Notes: a model not told the origin generated them from the letters alone. A stretch of DNA of 59,567 nucleotides from Candidatus Nanosyncoccus sp. (GCA_045593145.1 JAZNWC010000013.1:1-59567), one strand, 5' to 3'; counted from the first letter of the stretch, positions 28,366-37,127 are shown. Made by a program: numbers and translations.

Positions 28366-28399
28366 AGGAAAAATCGCCTCCCTTATAAGGCGTATTTTT

Positions 28400-28428
28400 A
28401 TTATAGCACGCATAAGCGTTTTTGTCAA
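28400..28428 (-). promoter_or_regulatory. Consensus sigma70 promoter TTGACA-N17-TATAAT (extended TG) for the VirB6-like gene
   Basis: -35 at 28428-28423, -10 at 28405-28400. Confidence 0.8.
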
Positions 28429-28485
28429 GAGTAAATTAGGCCACTTTTGCTTGGACTTTTTCAAAAACTGTGTTATGATAAAAAT

Positions 28486-29178
28486 ATGTTAAAGAAAAAA
28501 GTTCTTACTCTTATCACGGCACTAATTCTAGGCTTTTCATTCGTCCCAGCAACATCTGTATTTGCAGCCAATAGCATCTCTGGAGACCGAGAATGTTCGT
28601 ATTTTCTTGGTATGCCATCTTGGGACTGTAACGCCAAAATAGAAGACGTCAATAATGAAAAAGACCTCACTTCTACCATCTGGCAAATTGTTGCCAATAT
28701 TTCTACCGACATCACCGTTATCGCTTCTTATCTCGTCATCGGTTATGTCATTTATGGTGGCTACAAATACATGTTCTCTGGCGGTGACGTTGGCAAAGTT
28801 GCCGCGGGTAAAAAGACCTTAAATCAAGCTTTCATTGGCCTTGCCATCACCATGTCTGCCTCTATTATTATCAATACTATTCGCACAGTCCTCGCTGCTA
28901 ATAATCAATTTGACTGTAACCCGCTCACTGGCGACGGATGTCTCCAAACCAGCGATGTTATCTCTATGGTTACAAACACAATCCAGTGGTTTATAGGTAT
29001 CGGTGGTACTGTCGCCTTAGTCTTTGTAGTTGGTGGCGGCATCCTCTATATGACTTCCGCCGGCGACCCATCCCAGCTCCAAAAGGCCAAAAACATGATC
29101 AAATATTCCCTTATCGGCCTCGTCATCGTTGCTCTATCCGAAGCTATCGTAATATTTATGTCAAATATCATTAAATAA
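28486..29178 (+). CDS. Pilin-like protein with two TrbC/VirB2-type domains
   Basis: Signal peptide; two GG.KYM.S.GD..KV..GKK...A.IGL-type units; start at ATG 28486, 6 nt after TGTTATGAT. Confidence 0.82.
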   Translation: MLKKKVLTLITALILGFSFVPATSVFAANSISGDRECSYFLGMPSWDCNAKIEDVNNEKDLTSTIWQIVANISTDITVIASYLVIGYVIYGGYKYMFSGGDVGKVAAGKKTLNQAFIGLAITMSASIIINTIRTVLAANNQFDCNPLTGDGCLQTSDVISMVTNTIQWFIGIGGTVALVFVVGGGILYMTSAGDPSQLQKAKNMIKYSLIGLVIVALSEAIVIFMSNIIK

Positions 29179-29190
29179 AAGGAGAGAAAT

Positions 29191-29565
29191 ATGTCAATTT
29201 GCGAAGAAGAAAACATCCCAGAAGCAGTAAAAGCAGCTAATGGTTGCGGAGGTGCTACCGACACCCTCACCACCAACATCCAAGCCATCCTAAATGGCAT
29301 TATCGGTGCAGCTGGGTTTGTAGCTGTCATCTTTATCATTATCGGCGGCATCAATTATATGACTTCCGGTGGCGACACTGCCAAACTCAAAAAAGCCAAA
29401 GATACTATTCTCTACGCTACTATCGGCCTTGTTATTTGCACTCTGTCCTTTGCTATTGTCAACTGGGTCATCAACGCTATTCCAGGAAGTACTTCCACCG
29501 AAGCTCAAGCCGAAGGAACAGCCATAGTTGTTTCAGAAAACTCTATTGCATTTTTACAAAAATAG
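29191..29565 (+). CDS. TrbC/VirB2-type pilin
   Basis: IIIGGINYMTSGGDTAKLKKAKDTILYATIGL; GGAG SD. Confidence 0.85.
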   Translation: MSICEEENIPEAVKAANGCGGATDTLTTNIQAILNGIIGAAGFVAVIFIIIGGINYMTSGGDTAKLKKAKDTILYATIGLVICTLSFAIVNWVINAIPGSTSTEAQAEGTAIVVSENSIAFLQK

Positions 29566-29601
29566 TTATACAATAACATTAAATAAGAAAAAGGAAATAT
29601 A

Positions 29602-29904
29602 ATGAACAGTATTCTTAAACTAGTTGCTGACACCACCAAAAAACCAGATTCAGTGGGAGGTAGCGACAATCTTACTGGCAACATCACCGCCATTATCAAT
29701 GCAGTTATTGGTGTTTTAGGTTTTGTTTGTGTTGTAGTAATGATCATCGGTGGCGTCAACTATATGACTTCGGCTGGTGATGCCGGCAAAGTCAAAAAAG
29801 GCAAAGACACTATTCTCTACGGTCTTATCGGCTTAGTTGTTTGTGTTCTCGCTTTTGCTCTAGTAAACTGGGTCATCAGCGGCGTCCTTGGCAACGTTGA
29901 ATAA
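29602..29904 (+). CDS. TrbC/VirB2-type pilin
   Basis: IIGGVNYMTSAGDAGKVKKGKDTILYGLIGL; internal promoter TTGCAT-N17-TACAAT at 29546-29574. Confidence 0.85.
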   Translation: MNSILKLVADTTKKPDSVGGSDNLTGNITAIINAVIGVLGFVCVVVMIIGGVNYMTSAGDAGKVKKGKDTILYGLIGLVVCVLAFALVNWVISGVLGNVE

Positions 29905-29916
29905 AACTTTCGCTTT

Positions 29917-29947
29917 AAAAAATCGCTCCTTTAGGGAGCGATTTTTT
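29917..29947. terminator. Bidirectional intrinsic terminator between pilins and hsp20
   Basis: AAAAAATCGCTCC-TTTAG-GGAGCGATTTTTT. Confidence 0.85.
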
Positions 29948-29972
29948 AGTACAACCTGAACTAAAATTGTTA

Positions 29973-30476
29973 TTATTGAATAGCAATCTTTTTCGGCGCT
30001 TCTACTTTTTCCTTCTCAAAGGTAATGGTAAGAACACCATCTTTGAGCTCTGCTTTTACGCTATTTTCATCTTCGCGTACTTGTACTGGAAGAGCAATCG
30101 TACGAGAAAACTCGCCCCAGTAGCATTCTTGAATGTGCCAACGTGTAGTCTGTTCATCCTCGCCACCAGACAACACACCGGAAATCGTCAAAATATTATC
30201 GGAAATGCTCACATCAAGATCAGACTTAGAGATGCCAGCAGTCCGGGCTTTTACTACTAATTTGTCGGCGGTCTCATAGACATCTACTGCTAGCTGTCCA
30301 GGAAAATCGTCGGCAGGTTCCCACTCATCTTCAACTGGTTCGCTAGGTTCTGTTGCGACTTCTTCTTCCACTACGGCTTCCTCTTCCTTTTGTACAGGTG
30401 CCTCGTCGGCCCCATCTAGGAAAGCAGCAGCTAAATCGTCGTCAATTAGCAAATCGTCACTATTGTTACGAGCCAT
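29973..30476 (-). CDS. Hsp20/alpha-crystallin small heat shock protein
   Basis: GQLAVDVYET, LTISG, ECYWGEFSRTIALP, AELKDGVLTI; start at ATG 30476 with GGAGG SD. Confidence 0.92.
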   Translation of the reverse strand: MARNNSDDLLIDDDLAAAFLDGADEAPVQKEEEAVVEEEVATEPSEPVEDEWEPADDFPGQLAVDVYETADKLVVKARTAGISKSDLDVSISDNILTISGVLSGGEDEQTTRWHIQECYWGEFSRTIALPVQVREDENSVKAELKDGVLTITFEKEKVEAPKKIAIQ

Positions 30477-30540
30477 ATTTCCTCCACTTATATTGTTATG
30501 CTTTATTATAAAGCATATTAGTAGTAAAATCAAGAGAAAT

Positions 30541-31227
30541 ATGGGTTTTATTGTAAAAAATACAACATTTTTAAGTCCTCTAGACCTCATCGCACCCCAC
30601 TCCTGTAGGGGTTGCGGAGCTTTAGGCGAGGTACTTTGCGAACGTTGTAAAAATAACATCATTTTGTCTCATTCCAACTTTTGTCCAAATTGCAAATCAC
30701 CCACGCCAAATGGCATCTGTAAAAATTGCTCCAAATTACCACCAATTTTTGTAGTAGACCGTCGTGGCACGATTCTCGGCGATCTCATCCACGATTTTAA
30801 ATATCTCTCCACTCGCGCCATCGGCGTCAAACTTGCAGACATTCTAAATCAAACTTTACCAAATTTTGATGGTGATGTTAAAATCATTCCCTTACCCACT
30901 ATCACCCGCCATATTCGCGAACGCGGCCTAGACCATACACTTTTTATCGCAAAGCGCTTCGTCAAACTTCGTGGCAAAAATTATCAAGTTTTGCCAATTC
31001 TAGAACGCGCCAAAAACACCGTCCAAGTTGGCACAGACCGCAAAACCCGTCTCACTCAAGCCGAATCTGCCTACGAACTATCAAAAAATGCCAAAATCGA
31101 CCCCGCGGCCACTTATCTTCTCTTTGATGATGTCTGGACTACCGGCGCCAGTATGCTCTCTGCCGTCAAAAAACTCCAGCAAGCTGGAGTTTCCAAAATC
31201 ATAATTGCGATTTTAGCGGTAAGCTAG
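30541..31227 (+). CDS. comF: ComF family protein (double Zn ribbon + phosphoribosyltransferase)
   Basis: C..C/C..C N-terminus, RERG.DH, LLFDDVWTTGAS. Confidence 0.88.
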   Translation: MGFIVKNTTFLSPLDLIAPHSCRGCGALGEVLCERCKNNIILSHSNFCPNCKSPTPNGICKNCSKLPPIFVVDRRGTILGDLIHDFKYLSTRAIGVKLADILNQTLPNFDGDVKIIPLPTITRHIRERGLDHTLFIAKRFVKLRGKNYQVLPILERAKNTVQVGTDRKTRLTQAESAYELSKNAKIDPAATYLLFDDVWTTGASMLSAVKKLQQAGVSKIIIAILAVS

Positions 31228-31632
31228 TAACTCGGTAATACAAGCTTGGCCTTCATTCGAAGAACCACTTGGCAAAGCCGAAATCACAAAGTTTACAATT
31301 GCAAAAGCTAGGAAAGCAATAATAAGACCGATGATTGCATAAAGCACCGTATTTTTTGCATCGGTCACTTTCTTTGAATCACCACCAGACACCACATAGC
31401 GAATACCGCCAATAATAAGCATAATTACAGCGATAATACCTACGATATAAAGAATGGTGTTGGTCACCTGTTTAAACACGCCAGTATCACCAAATAAATC
31501 CGCCGGACAGCCATCACAACGTGCAGCTTCCGCACCCTCTTGCAATGTCATTGCTGACACGCTCGAAAAACCAGCCAGTGCAATCGCCCCGCTTATAAAT
31601 ATTGATAAAAACAACTTCGCAATATTTTTCAT
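31213..31632 (-). CDS. TrbC/VirB2-type pilin
   Basis: Signal peptide from ATG 31632; IIGGIRYVVSGGDSKKVTDAKNTVLYAIIGL. Confidence 0.85.
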   Translation of the reverse strand: MKNIAKLFLSIFISGAIALAGFSSVSAMTLQEGAEAARCDGCPADLFGDTGVFKQVTNTILYIVGIIAVIMLIIGGIRYVVSGGDSKKVTDAKNTVLYAIIGLIIAFLAFAIVNFVISALPSGSSNEGQACITELLAYR

Positions 31633-31684
31633 GCCCTTATTATACCACATAAAAACCAGTTGGTCCATATTGAGCAAAATTAGA

Positions 31685-31787
31685 GCCAAATTTAGAGGCC
31701 GGTAGATTGGTATTTTCTTCTTGTGAAGCGCTATTATTGATAGGGCGAGCAAGAAAAAATGCCGAGATACCGGCCTATAAATTTGGC
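31685..31787. repeat. ~103-bp long inverted repeat/hairpin overlapping the tRNA-Ser 3' end
   Basis: GCCAAATTTA-G-AGGCCGGTA (31685-31704) vs TACCGGCCT-A-TAAATTTGGC (31768-31787), plus inner stems. Confidence 0.85.
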
Positions 31788-31876
31788 GGAGGGTGGGAGA
31801 TTCGAACTCCCGCTCCAGATCACTCCAGACTAACGATTTAGCAAACCGTCCCCTTCAGCCACTTGGGTAACCCTCC
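31784..31876 (-). tRNA. tRNA-Ser (GCT), long variable arm, CCA encoded
   Basis: Reverse complement GGAGGGTTACCCAAGTGGCTGAAGGGGACGGTTT-GCT-AAATCGTT...GGGAGTTCGAATCTCCCACCCTCCGCCA. Confidence 0.95.
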
Positions 31877-31945
31877 GTTCTCTATATTTTACCACACTTT
31901 TCTGTTTTTCCGATACAAAAACCAAACTTATGCTATAATAAACTT

Positions 31946-32413
31946 ATGGCAAAACAAATTCAAGACGTATCTTGGGAAGCTACCGAATATATCGCTCGTG
32001 GCCACAATGCCTGGTGGTATGTCGGTCTTTTTGTGGTGGCAGCCGCCTTTAGCGCTCTTGCCGTCTTTATTAAAAGTTGGACTTTTTTAATTTTAATTAT
32101 TCTTAGCGCAATCACACTTCTAGTTTACACCGTTCGTCCACCACGCAAAATCAAATACGAACTTATGCGCGATGGTCTCAAAGAAGACAACCGTCTCCAC
32201 AAATACGAAGAATTTCGTGCCTTCGGTATTTTAAAAGAAGACAGCAATTTTTCTGCAGTACTTATTCCTAAAAAACGTTTCAGTTTGTCTGTAAAAGTTT
32301 ATTTCCCAGAGGGTAGCGGCGAAGCCATTGTCGACGCACTCGGCGCCCGCCTCCCAATGGAAGAAGTCAAATTGGATATTCTAGACAAAATCGTAAACTT
32401 CTTGCGTATTTAA
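31946..32413 (+). CDS. hypothetical membrane protein (two TM + PH-like C-terminus)
   Basis: SWEATEYI....WY, two TM helices; leaderless promoter. Confidence 0.75.
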   Translation: MAKQIQDVSWEATEYIARGHNAWWYVGLFVVAAAFSALAVFIKSWTFLILIILSAITLLVYTVRPPRKIKYELMRDGLKEDNRLHKYEEFRAFGILKEDSNFSAVLIPKKRFSLSVKVYFPEGSGEAIVDALGARLPMEEVKLDILDKIVNFLRI

Positions 32414-32461
32414 CCAAGTTGTGATAATATTAAACATAAGTATAATAAAAGGTGGGCAAAA

Positions 32462-33040
32462 ATGGACCAAAATCAAACCGTAGACAACGATCTACAAAAA
32501 GCAATCGACGACATTACTCAAAACACTAATATAGACCCGGTTTTTTCAGACCCTGTTGCAGCCCCTTCTTCTGTGCCGGAAGGTGACACCGGCGAACTTG
32601 GCGAACCAGTTGGCCCATTCCCAGAGCCAAAAGTCGAGCTCGAACCTACCCCTACCGTGCCAGAGATGGCTCCACTCACTGAGCTAAACATTCCAGACCT
32701 CACCGCCCCAGTCGAACCAGCTCCAGAGCCAATCACTCCATCCCCAGAACCAATCGCCCCAACCCCAGAACCAACCCCAGAGCCAGCTCCACAATCCGCT
32801 AACTTTGTCAATCTCAATGTCCGCCAAATCAAAGAGTCCGCTCTCCGCGACCTAGTCCCACTTCTAGATCGTCTCAATATGAACGCCTCCCAAAAGTTTA
32901 GCCTTTATCGCAACATCTTTGAAGATCTCAAAGATTACACCGTCTTAGAACCAGCTTATCGTGCCGCCTCCGAAATTACCGACGACACCGAACGCGCCGA
33001 AGCTCTCCTCTACCTCGTAGAAGCCATCGACAAGATGTAG
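32462..33040 (+). CDS. hypothetical protein with Pro/Glu-rich linker
   Basis: 192-aa ORF with PEP repeats and helical C-terminus IKESALRDL.PLL. Confidence 0.75.
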   Translation: MDQNQTVDNDLQKAIDDITQNTNIDPVFSDPVAAPSSVPEGDTGELGEPVGPFPEPKVELEPTPTVPEMAPLTELNIPDLTAPVEPAPEPITPSPEPIAPTPEPTPEPAPQSANFVNLNVRQIKESALRDLVPLLDRLNMNASQKFSLYRNIFEDLKDYTVLEPAYRAASEITDDTERAEALLYLVEAIDKM

Positions 33041-33047
33041 TAGACCA

Positions 33048-33078
33048 TAAAAATAGCCCCTCGAAAGGGGCTATTTTT
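33048..33078. terminator. Bidirectional intrinsic terminator after groEL
   Basis: AAAATAGCCCC-TCGAAA-GGGGCTATTTT. Confidence 0.85.
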
Positions 33079-34690
33079 AATACATTTCTGGCATATTACC
33101 AGCTGGCTTCTCCTCTGGTATTTCGCAGATTAGCGCACCCATCGTAATTGCCGTCGCTGCAATCGAAGTCGCATTTTTTACTGCCTCTTTGGTAACTTTA
33201 GCTGGGTCAATCACGCCAGCTTTTTTAAGATCTACCAAACCTTTTTCTGGCGCCATCACATTAACGCCAAACCCAGGCTTGTTAGACTTTTCCACCTCGG
33301 ATAGTAACGCCTGCGCATTAAGTCCTGCATTTTCCACGATATGAATAAATGGAGCTTTGAGAGCATTCTTTACAATTTTTGCCCCATCGCTATCACTAGA
33401 AATCCTCTCTGCTAAGTTCACAAGTGTTACACCACCGCCTACCACAATCCCCTCTGCCAGTGCCGCTTTTGTTGCCGCCACCGCATCATCTACACGGAAT
33501 TTCTTTTCTTCAATTTCGGTCTCGGTAGCCCCACCAACTTTTATTACCGCCACTTTGCCACAAAGCGCTGCTGCTCGTTTTTCAAATTCTTCTTTTTCAT
33601 AATCACTCTTAGCAAGTGCCGCCTGTGCATTTATGAGTTCAATCCTAGCTTTTACGGCTGTTGACGCACCAGCACCTTTAATAATCGTAGTTTCATCTTT
33701 CGTAGCAATAATCTTTTTGGCAGAACCCAAAACTTCCATGCCTACTTCTTCAAGTTTTAGCCCCTTGTCACTAGACACCACCGTAGCGTCAGTCAAAATC
33801 GCAATATCTTCCATAATTTCTTTACGTCTATCGCCGAATGATGGAGCCTTCAGTACCAAAGAGTTAAACACGCCTTTAAGTTTGTTTAGCACGAGTAGCG
33901 ACAGCGCCTCGCCACTTACTTCCTCTGCCACAATCACCAAATCTTTTTTACCAGCCTGTGCGCATTTTTCAAGTAGTGGCAAAATATCTCCTGCCGCCGA
34001 AATCTTTTTATCAGTTACTAGAATCAATGGTTTATCAAACACGGCTTCCTGGCGATTGGTATCAGTAATGAAAAACGGCGACGCATAACCTTTGTCATAG
34101 CTAAACCCTTCTACAATCTCTTCTTCCATCTCCAAACCTTGCCCAGCTTCTACCGTCACCACGCCATCTTTACCAATCTTCGAAATTACCGACGCGATAA
34201 GTTTGCCAACTTCCGCATCACCAGCACTAATCGTCGCGACCTCCGCCACCTTTTTATCGTTCCCGTCAATTTTTTCGGCACTCTTTTCAATCTCAGCTAC
34301 TATTTCTGCACCAGCTTTTTCAATCCCACGGCGCAGCTCCATCGGGTTAATCCCAGCCGCAATCAATTTGTTCGCTTCATTCAATATATTATATGTTAGT
34401 ACAGTTACAGTAGTAGTACCATCGCCCGCTACTTTGTTGAGTTTTTGCGCTGCAGTTTTTATTAGTTTTGCGCCTACGGCCTCGCCGAGTTTATCTTCGG
34501 ACTTACCAAGTTCCACCGCTTCCGCCACCGTCACGCCATCATGTGTAATCACTGGCGCGCCGTATTCTTTTTCAATAATTACGTTTTTGCCCTTTGGACC
34601 AAAAGTTACTTTCACCGCATCATAAAGTTGTTTTGCGCCAGACAGTACTTTCTCTCTAGCTTCTGCTTCATAATAAATCTTCTTTGCCAT
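33077..34690 (-). CDS. groL: Chaperonin GroEL
   Basis: VKVTFGPKG, THDGVTVA, AGDGTTT, KAPSFGDRRK, KVGGATETE. Confidence 0.98.
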   Translation of the reverse strand: MAKKIYYEAEAREKVLSGAKQLYDAVKVTFGPKGKNVIIEKEYGAPVITHDGVTVAEAVELGKSEDKLGEAVGAKLIKTAAQKLNKVAGDGTTTVTVLTYNILNEANKLIAAGINPMELRRGIEKAGAEIVAEIEKSAEKIDGNDKKVAEVATISAGDAEVGKLIASVISKIGKDGVVTVEAGQGLEMEEEIVEGFSYDKGYASPFFITDTNRQEAVFDKPLILVTDKKISAAGDILPLLEKCAQAGKKDLVIVAEEVSGEALSLLVLNKLKGVFNSLVLKAPSFGDRRKEIMEDIAILTDATVVSSDKGLKLEEVGMEVLGSAKKIIATKDETTIIKGAGASTAVKARIELINAQAALAKSDYEKEEFEKRAAALCGKVAVIKVGGATETEIEEKKFRVDDAVAATKAALAEGIVVGGGVTLVNLAERISSDSDGAKIVKNALKAPFIHIVENAGLNAQALLSEVEKSNKPGFGVNVMAPEKGLVDLKKAGVIDPAKVTKEAVKNATSIAATAITMGALICEIPEEKPAGNMPEMY

Positions 34691-34699
34691 TTTTACTCC

Positions 34700-34954
34700 T
34701 TACATTGTCGCGAGGACATCTTCCTCTTTTAGAATAATATAATCAGTTCCATCTACTTTTATCTCGCTTGTAGAATATTCTTTGTAAACAATCTTGTCGC
34801 CCTTCTTTACGGCTTTTACGTCTGGACCTACAGATTCTACTACAGCATACGCTGGTTTTTCTTTTGCCTCACCAAGCAAAATCCCAGACGCAGTTTTTTC
34901 AAGTGGCTTTTCTATTTTTGCCACAACTCTATCTTTCAATGGTTTTAGTGTCAT
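34700..34954 (-). CDS. groS: Co-chaperonin GroES
   Basis: LKPLKDRVV, TASGILL, VKKGD; upstream of groEL. Confidence 0.96.
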   Translation of the reverse strand: MTLKPLKDRVVAKIEKPLEKTASGILLGEAKEKPAYAVVESVGPDVKAVKKGDKIVYKEYSTSEIKVDGTDYIILKEEDVLATM

Positions 34955-34986
34955 TTTTACTCCTTTTTCTCATTATAGCACAAAAA

Positions 34987-35013
34987 TTAGCACTTGCAAG
35001 TGCCGAGTGCTAA
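34987..35013. promoter_or_regulatory. CIRCE (HrcA operator) upstream of groES
   Basis: TTAGCACTT-N9-GAGTGCTAA; TGCTATAAT -10 at 34980-34972. Confidence 0.92.
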
Positions 35014-35552
35014 TTACCACAAAGCGGTCCTAGTCTCACCTTCATATTCTTAGTCAAAAACAAAATATCATTTAATACCACGTCAAAATCATCCTTGGAA
35101 AAGCTTTTTTCTCCCCACGCATCCATCACAGCAAGTATTTCGTATTTATATATATTAAACGCTTTCGCCATCCGTTGTCTATATCCAGCATATTCCATCA
35201 AGCCGTCCTCGTTCATTTCTAGTATCGCAAGAAGTGCCCTCCAATCTCGCATCCTGTAAAAGACCAGGAATACTTCTTTGTCCTTTATAATATATATCAG
35301 CAAATCAGTATAAAACTTTCTTACGTCCTCATTGCATTTTTCACATTCATTCACAACCTTTTCAACATAATATTCAGTCATTTCTTTCAAAGTTTTATGA
35401 TGCCGATAAATCGTGGATCTTTCTACGCCAATCAATTTCGCCACACGCTCCATCGTGATGGTATCACCATAAACAAAAATGAGACGAAGTATCTTCATCT
35501 CATTTTCTCGGAATCGTTTATCTTTTAGTTTTTGTTTAAGTGTTTTCGTCAC
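35010..35552 (-). CDS. TetR/AcrR-like transcriptional regulator
   Basis: ITMERVAKLIGVERSTIYRHH helix-turn-helix. Confidence 0.8.
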   Translation of the reverse strand: MTKTLKQKLKDKRFRENEMKILRLIFVYGDTITMERVAKLIGVERSTIYRHHKTLKEMTEYYVEKVVNECEKCNEDVRKFYTDLLIYIIKDKEVFLVFYRMRDWRALLAILEMNEDGLMEYAGYRQRMAKAFNIYKYEILAVMDAWGEKSFSKDDFDVVLNDILFLTKNMKVRLGPLCGN

Positions 35553-35561
35553 TTTAGCCTC

Positions 35562-36134
35562 CTAGACCAAAATCACCACACTTTCAAACTCTATTATTTT
35601 CTTATTCTTACCTTTTGTCCACTCGTCTACCGCTCTCGCTACGCCGGGAAGCGCCGGATTCTTATAGTCATGTACAATAATTACTCCACCATCCACCATT
35701 TTATTTTCAATCAAGTGAAGAGAATCTCTAATCGACTCATAAAAATCCCCATCTAAAAATGCAAAAGCAATCCTTTCTGGCAAATCACCATCTGTTAATT
35801 CATTAAACCAAGCTTTCTTTATTACTGGCACTGGCAAATTCGCCCGGAGGAATCTTTCTTTCACTTCACGTTTCGTTACGTACAATTCCCCACCTTTAAA
35901 ATTCTCTCCAGCCACCGACTCATCCGCGCCGGTTTTTTCTGGCAACCCTTCAAAAGAATCATATATATATAATTTTTTATCGGTTCCTTTCAAGATTTCC
36001 GCTAGAAGAAGAGATGTATCACCTTTATAACATCCAAGTTCCACATAATCCCCAGGTACACTCAGCTGCCTCTTAGCAATCTCTAGTATTTTTTCAGTTT
36101 CCGCCCTCGAAACCTGATCATTATTCCAAATCAT
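35562..36134 (-). CDS. TylF/MycF/NovP-related O-methyltransferase
   Basis: VPGDYVELGCYKG, YDSFEGLP, FAFLDGDFYES, IIVHDY. Confidence 0.9.
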   Translation of the reverse strand: MIWNNDQVSRAETEKILEIAKRQLSVPGDYVELGCYKGDTSLLLAEILKGTDKKLYIYDSFEGLPEKTGADESVAGENFKGGELYVTKREVKERFLRANLPVPVIKKAWFNELTDGDLPERIAFAFLDGDFYESIRDSLHLIENKMVDGGVIIVHDYKNPALPGVARAVDEWTKGKNKKIIEFESVVILV

Positions 36135-36181
36135 CTTTTTTCTCCAAAAGAATTATAACACAAAAGGTGTATAATATCTTT

Positions 36182-36832
36182 ATGAGCAAAATAAATCTAT
36201 TCGTCACAAATGCAAATGACATCCTCAAAGACCAAGAAAACATGATTAAAAAAGCTGTAAAAACTGCAGAGCAGTATGCTTTTAATGCTCTCAAAATCGA
36301 TTGGGATATAGATTTAATTGTCACTAGTCATATACCGTCGATAGTTATTCCTGAAGACGGCGTCGGTGGACGTACTCACTGGTGTGATTTAATTGAAGTT
36401 TGTATAGACAAAGACACTATCACAGAAAACAAACTATCCGAAATGATTGCCCATGAATTGTGTCATGCCGCTAGATGGGGCAAAAACGATGAATATATGC
36501 AAACACTTTTTGACGGTATCATCAACGAAGGCATAGCCACATATTTCGAATCCGTATTCGTCAAAAATCGCAAAACAAAGCAGTTTTTTCTTGAAACCGT
36601 AACAAATAGAAATGATGAAACTAACGAAAAAATACTAAACATTTTAAAAGACCAATTTGATAATGAGCATTACGATTACAACACCATCTTCTTTAGCGGC
36701 GATGATAGCCTTCCTAGATGGTCTGGATATTCGCTAGGTTATTATCTAGTTAAAAAATACCTAGAAAAAACTAATAAAACTATTGAGGACGCCTTCACTG
36801 ATAAATACTCAAATTTCAAAATCGTAATATAA
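36182..36832 (+). CDS. DUF2268-like predicted Zn-dependent protease
   Basis: HELCH (HExxH), NEGIATYF, PRWSGYSLGYYLV; start at ATG 36182, 6 nt after TATAAT. Confidence 0.85.
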   Translation: MSKINLFVTNANDILKDQENMIKKAVKTAEQYAFNALKIDWDIDLIVTSHIPSIVIPEDGVGGRTHWCDLIEVCIDKDTITENKLSEMIAHELCHAARWGKNDEYMQTLFDGIINEGIATYFESVFVKNRKTKQFFLETVTNRNDETNEKILNILKDQFDNEHYDYNTIFFSGDDSLPRWSGYSLGYYLVKKYLEKTNKTIEDAFTDKYSNFKIVI

Positions 36833-36863
36833 AAAAACGCGACTATTTAAGTCGCGCCCTTTA

Positions 36864-37070
36864 TTATGCAAAGTAATGTGGCCATGTGATACTATCCGAA
36901 TGGACTTTTCCTTCAAGCATCGGGTAACCAAAATGCGCAGAATGATAGCCGAAGTTTATTTGCACAAGCTTTTCGCTAAAAACTCGCACGACCTTAATAT
37001 TATTACATTCTGATACGTCGTCCCTAGACAAATCCACTACAATAATATCGAGCATATCCTTTAGTTCCAT
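36864..37070 (-). CDS. small hypothetical protein
   Basis: ORF downstream of uvrA, followed by hairpin CGCGACT...AGTCGCG at 36838-36856. Confidence 0.45.
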   Translation of the reverse strand: MELKDMLDIIVVDLSRDDVSECNNIKVVRVFSEKLVQINFGYHSAHFGYPMLEGKVHSDSITWPHYFA

Positions 37071-37127
37071 ATTAAAGAACAAAATCTGTCATTATTATAC
37101 AATATAAATGATTTTATTACAACAGTA

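Noticed and set aside
18839..29904. Calling the T4SS cluster an ICE or part of the tRNA-Lys island
   Set aside because: Separated from the island by the tRNA and core genes (rny, dnaJ); no relaxase, VirD4 or integrase adjacent; composition looks like the backbone
31685..31787. SRP (4.5S) RNA call for the long hairpin
   Set aside because: Lacks the conserved domain IV CAGG...GGAA...AGCAG motif on either strand; kept only as an unexplained structure
32700..32790. CCAGA(A/G)CCAA repeats
   Set aside because: Degenerate coding repeats for a Pro-Glu-Pro linker; no sign of a non-coding repeat element
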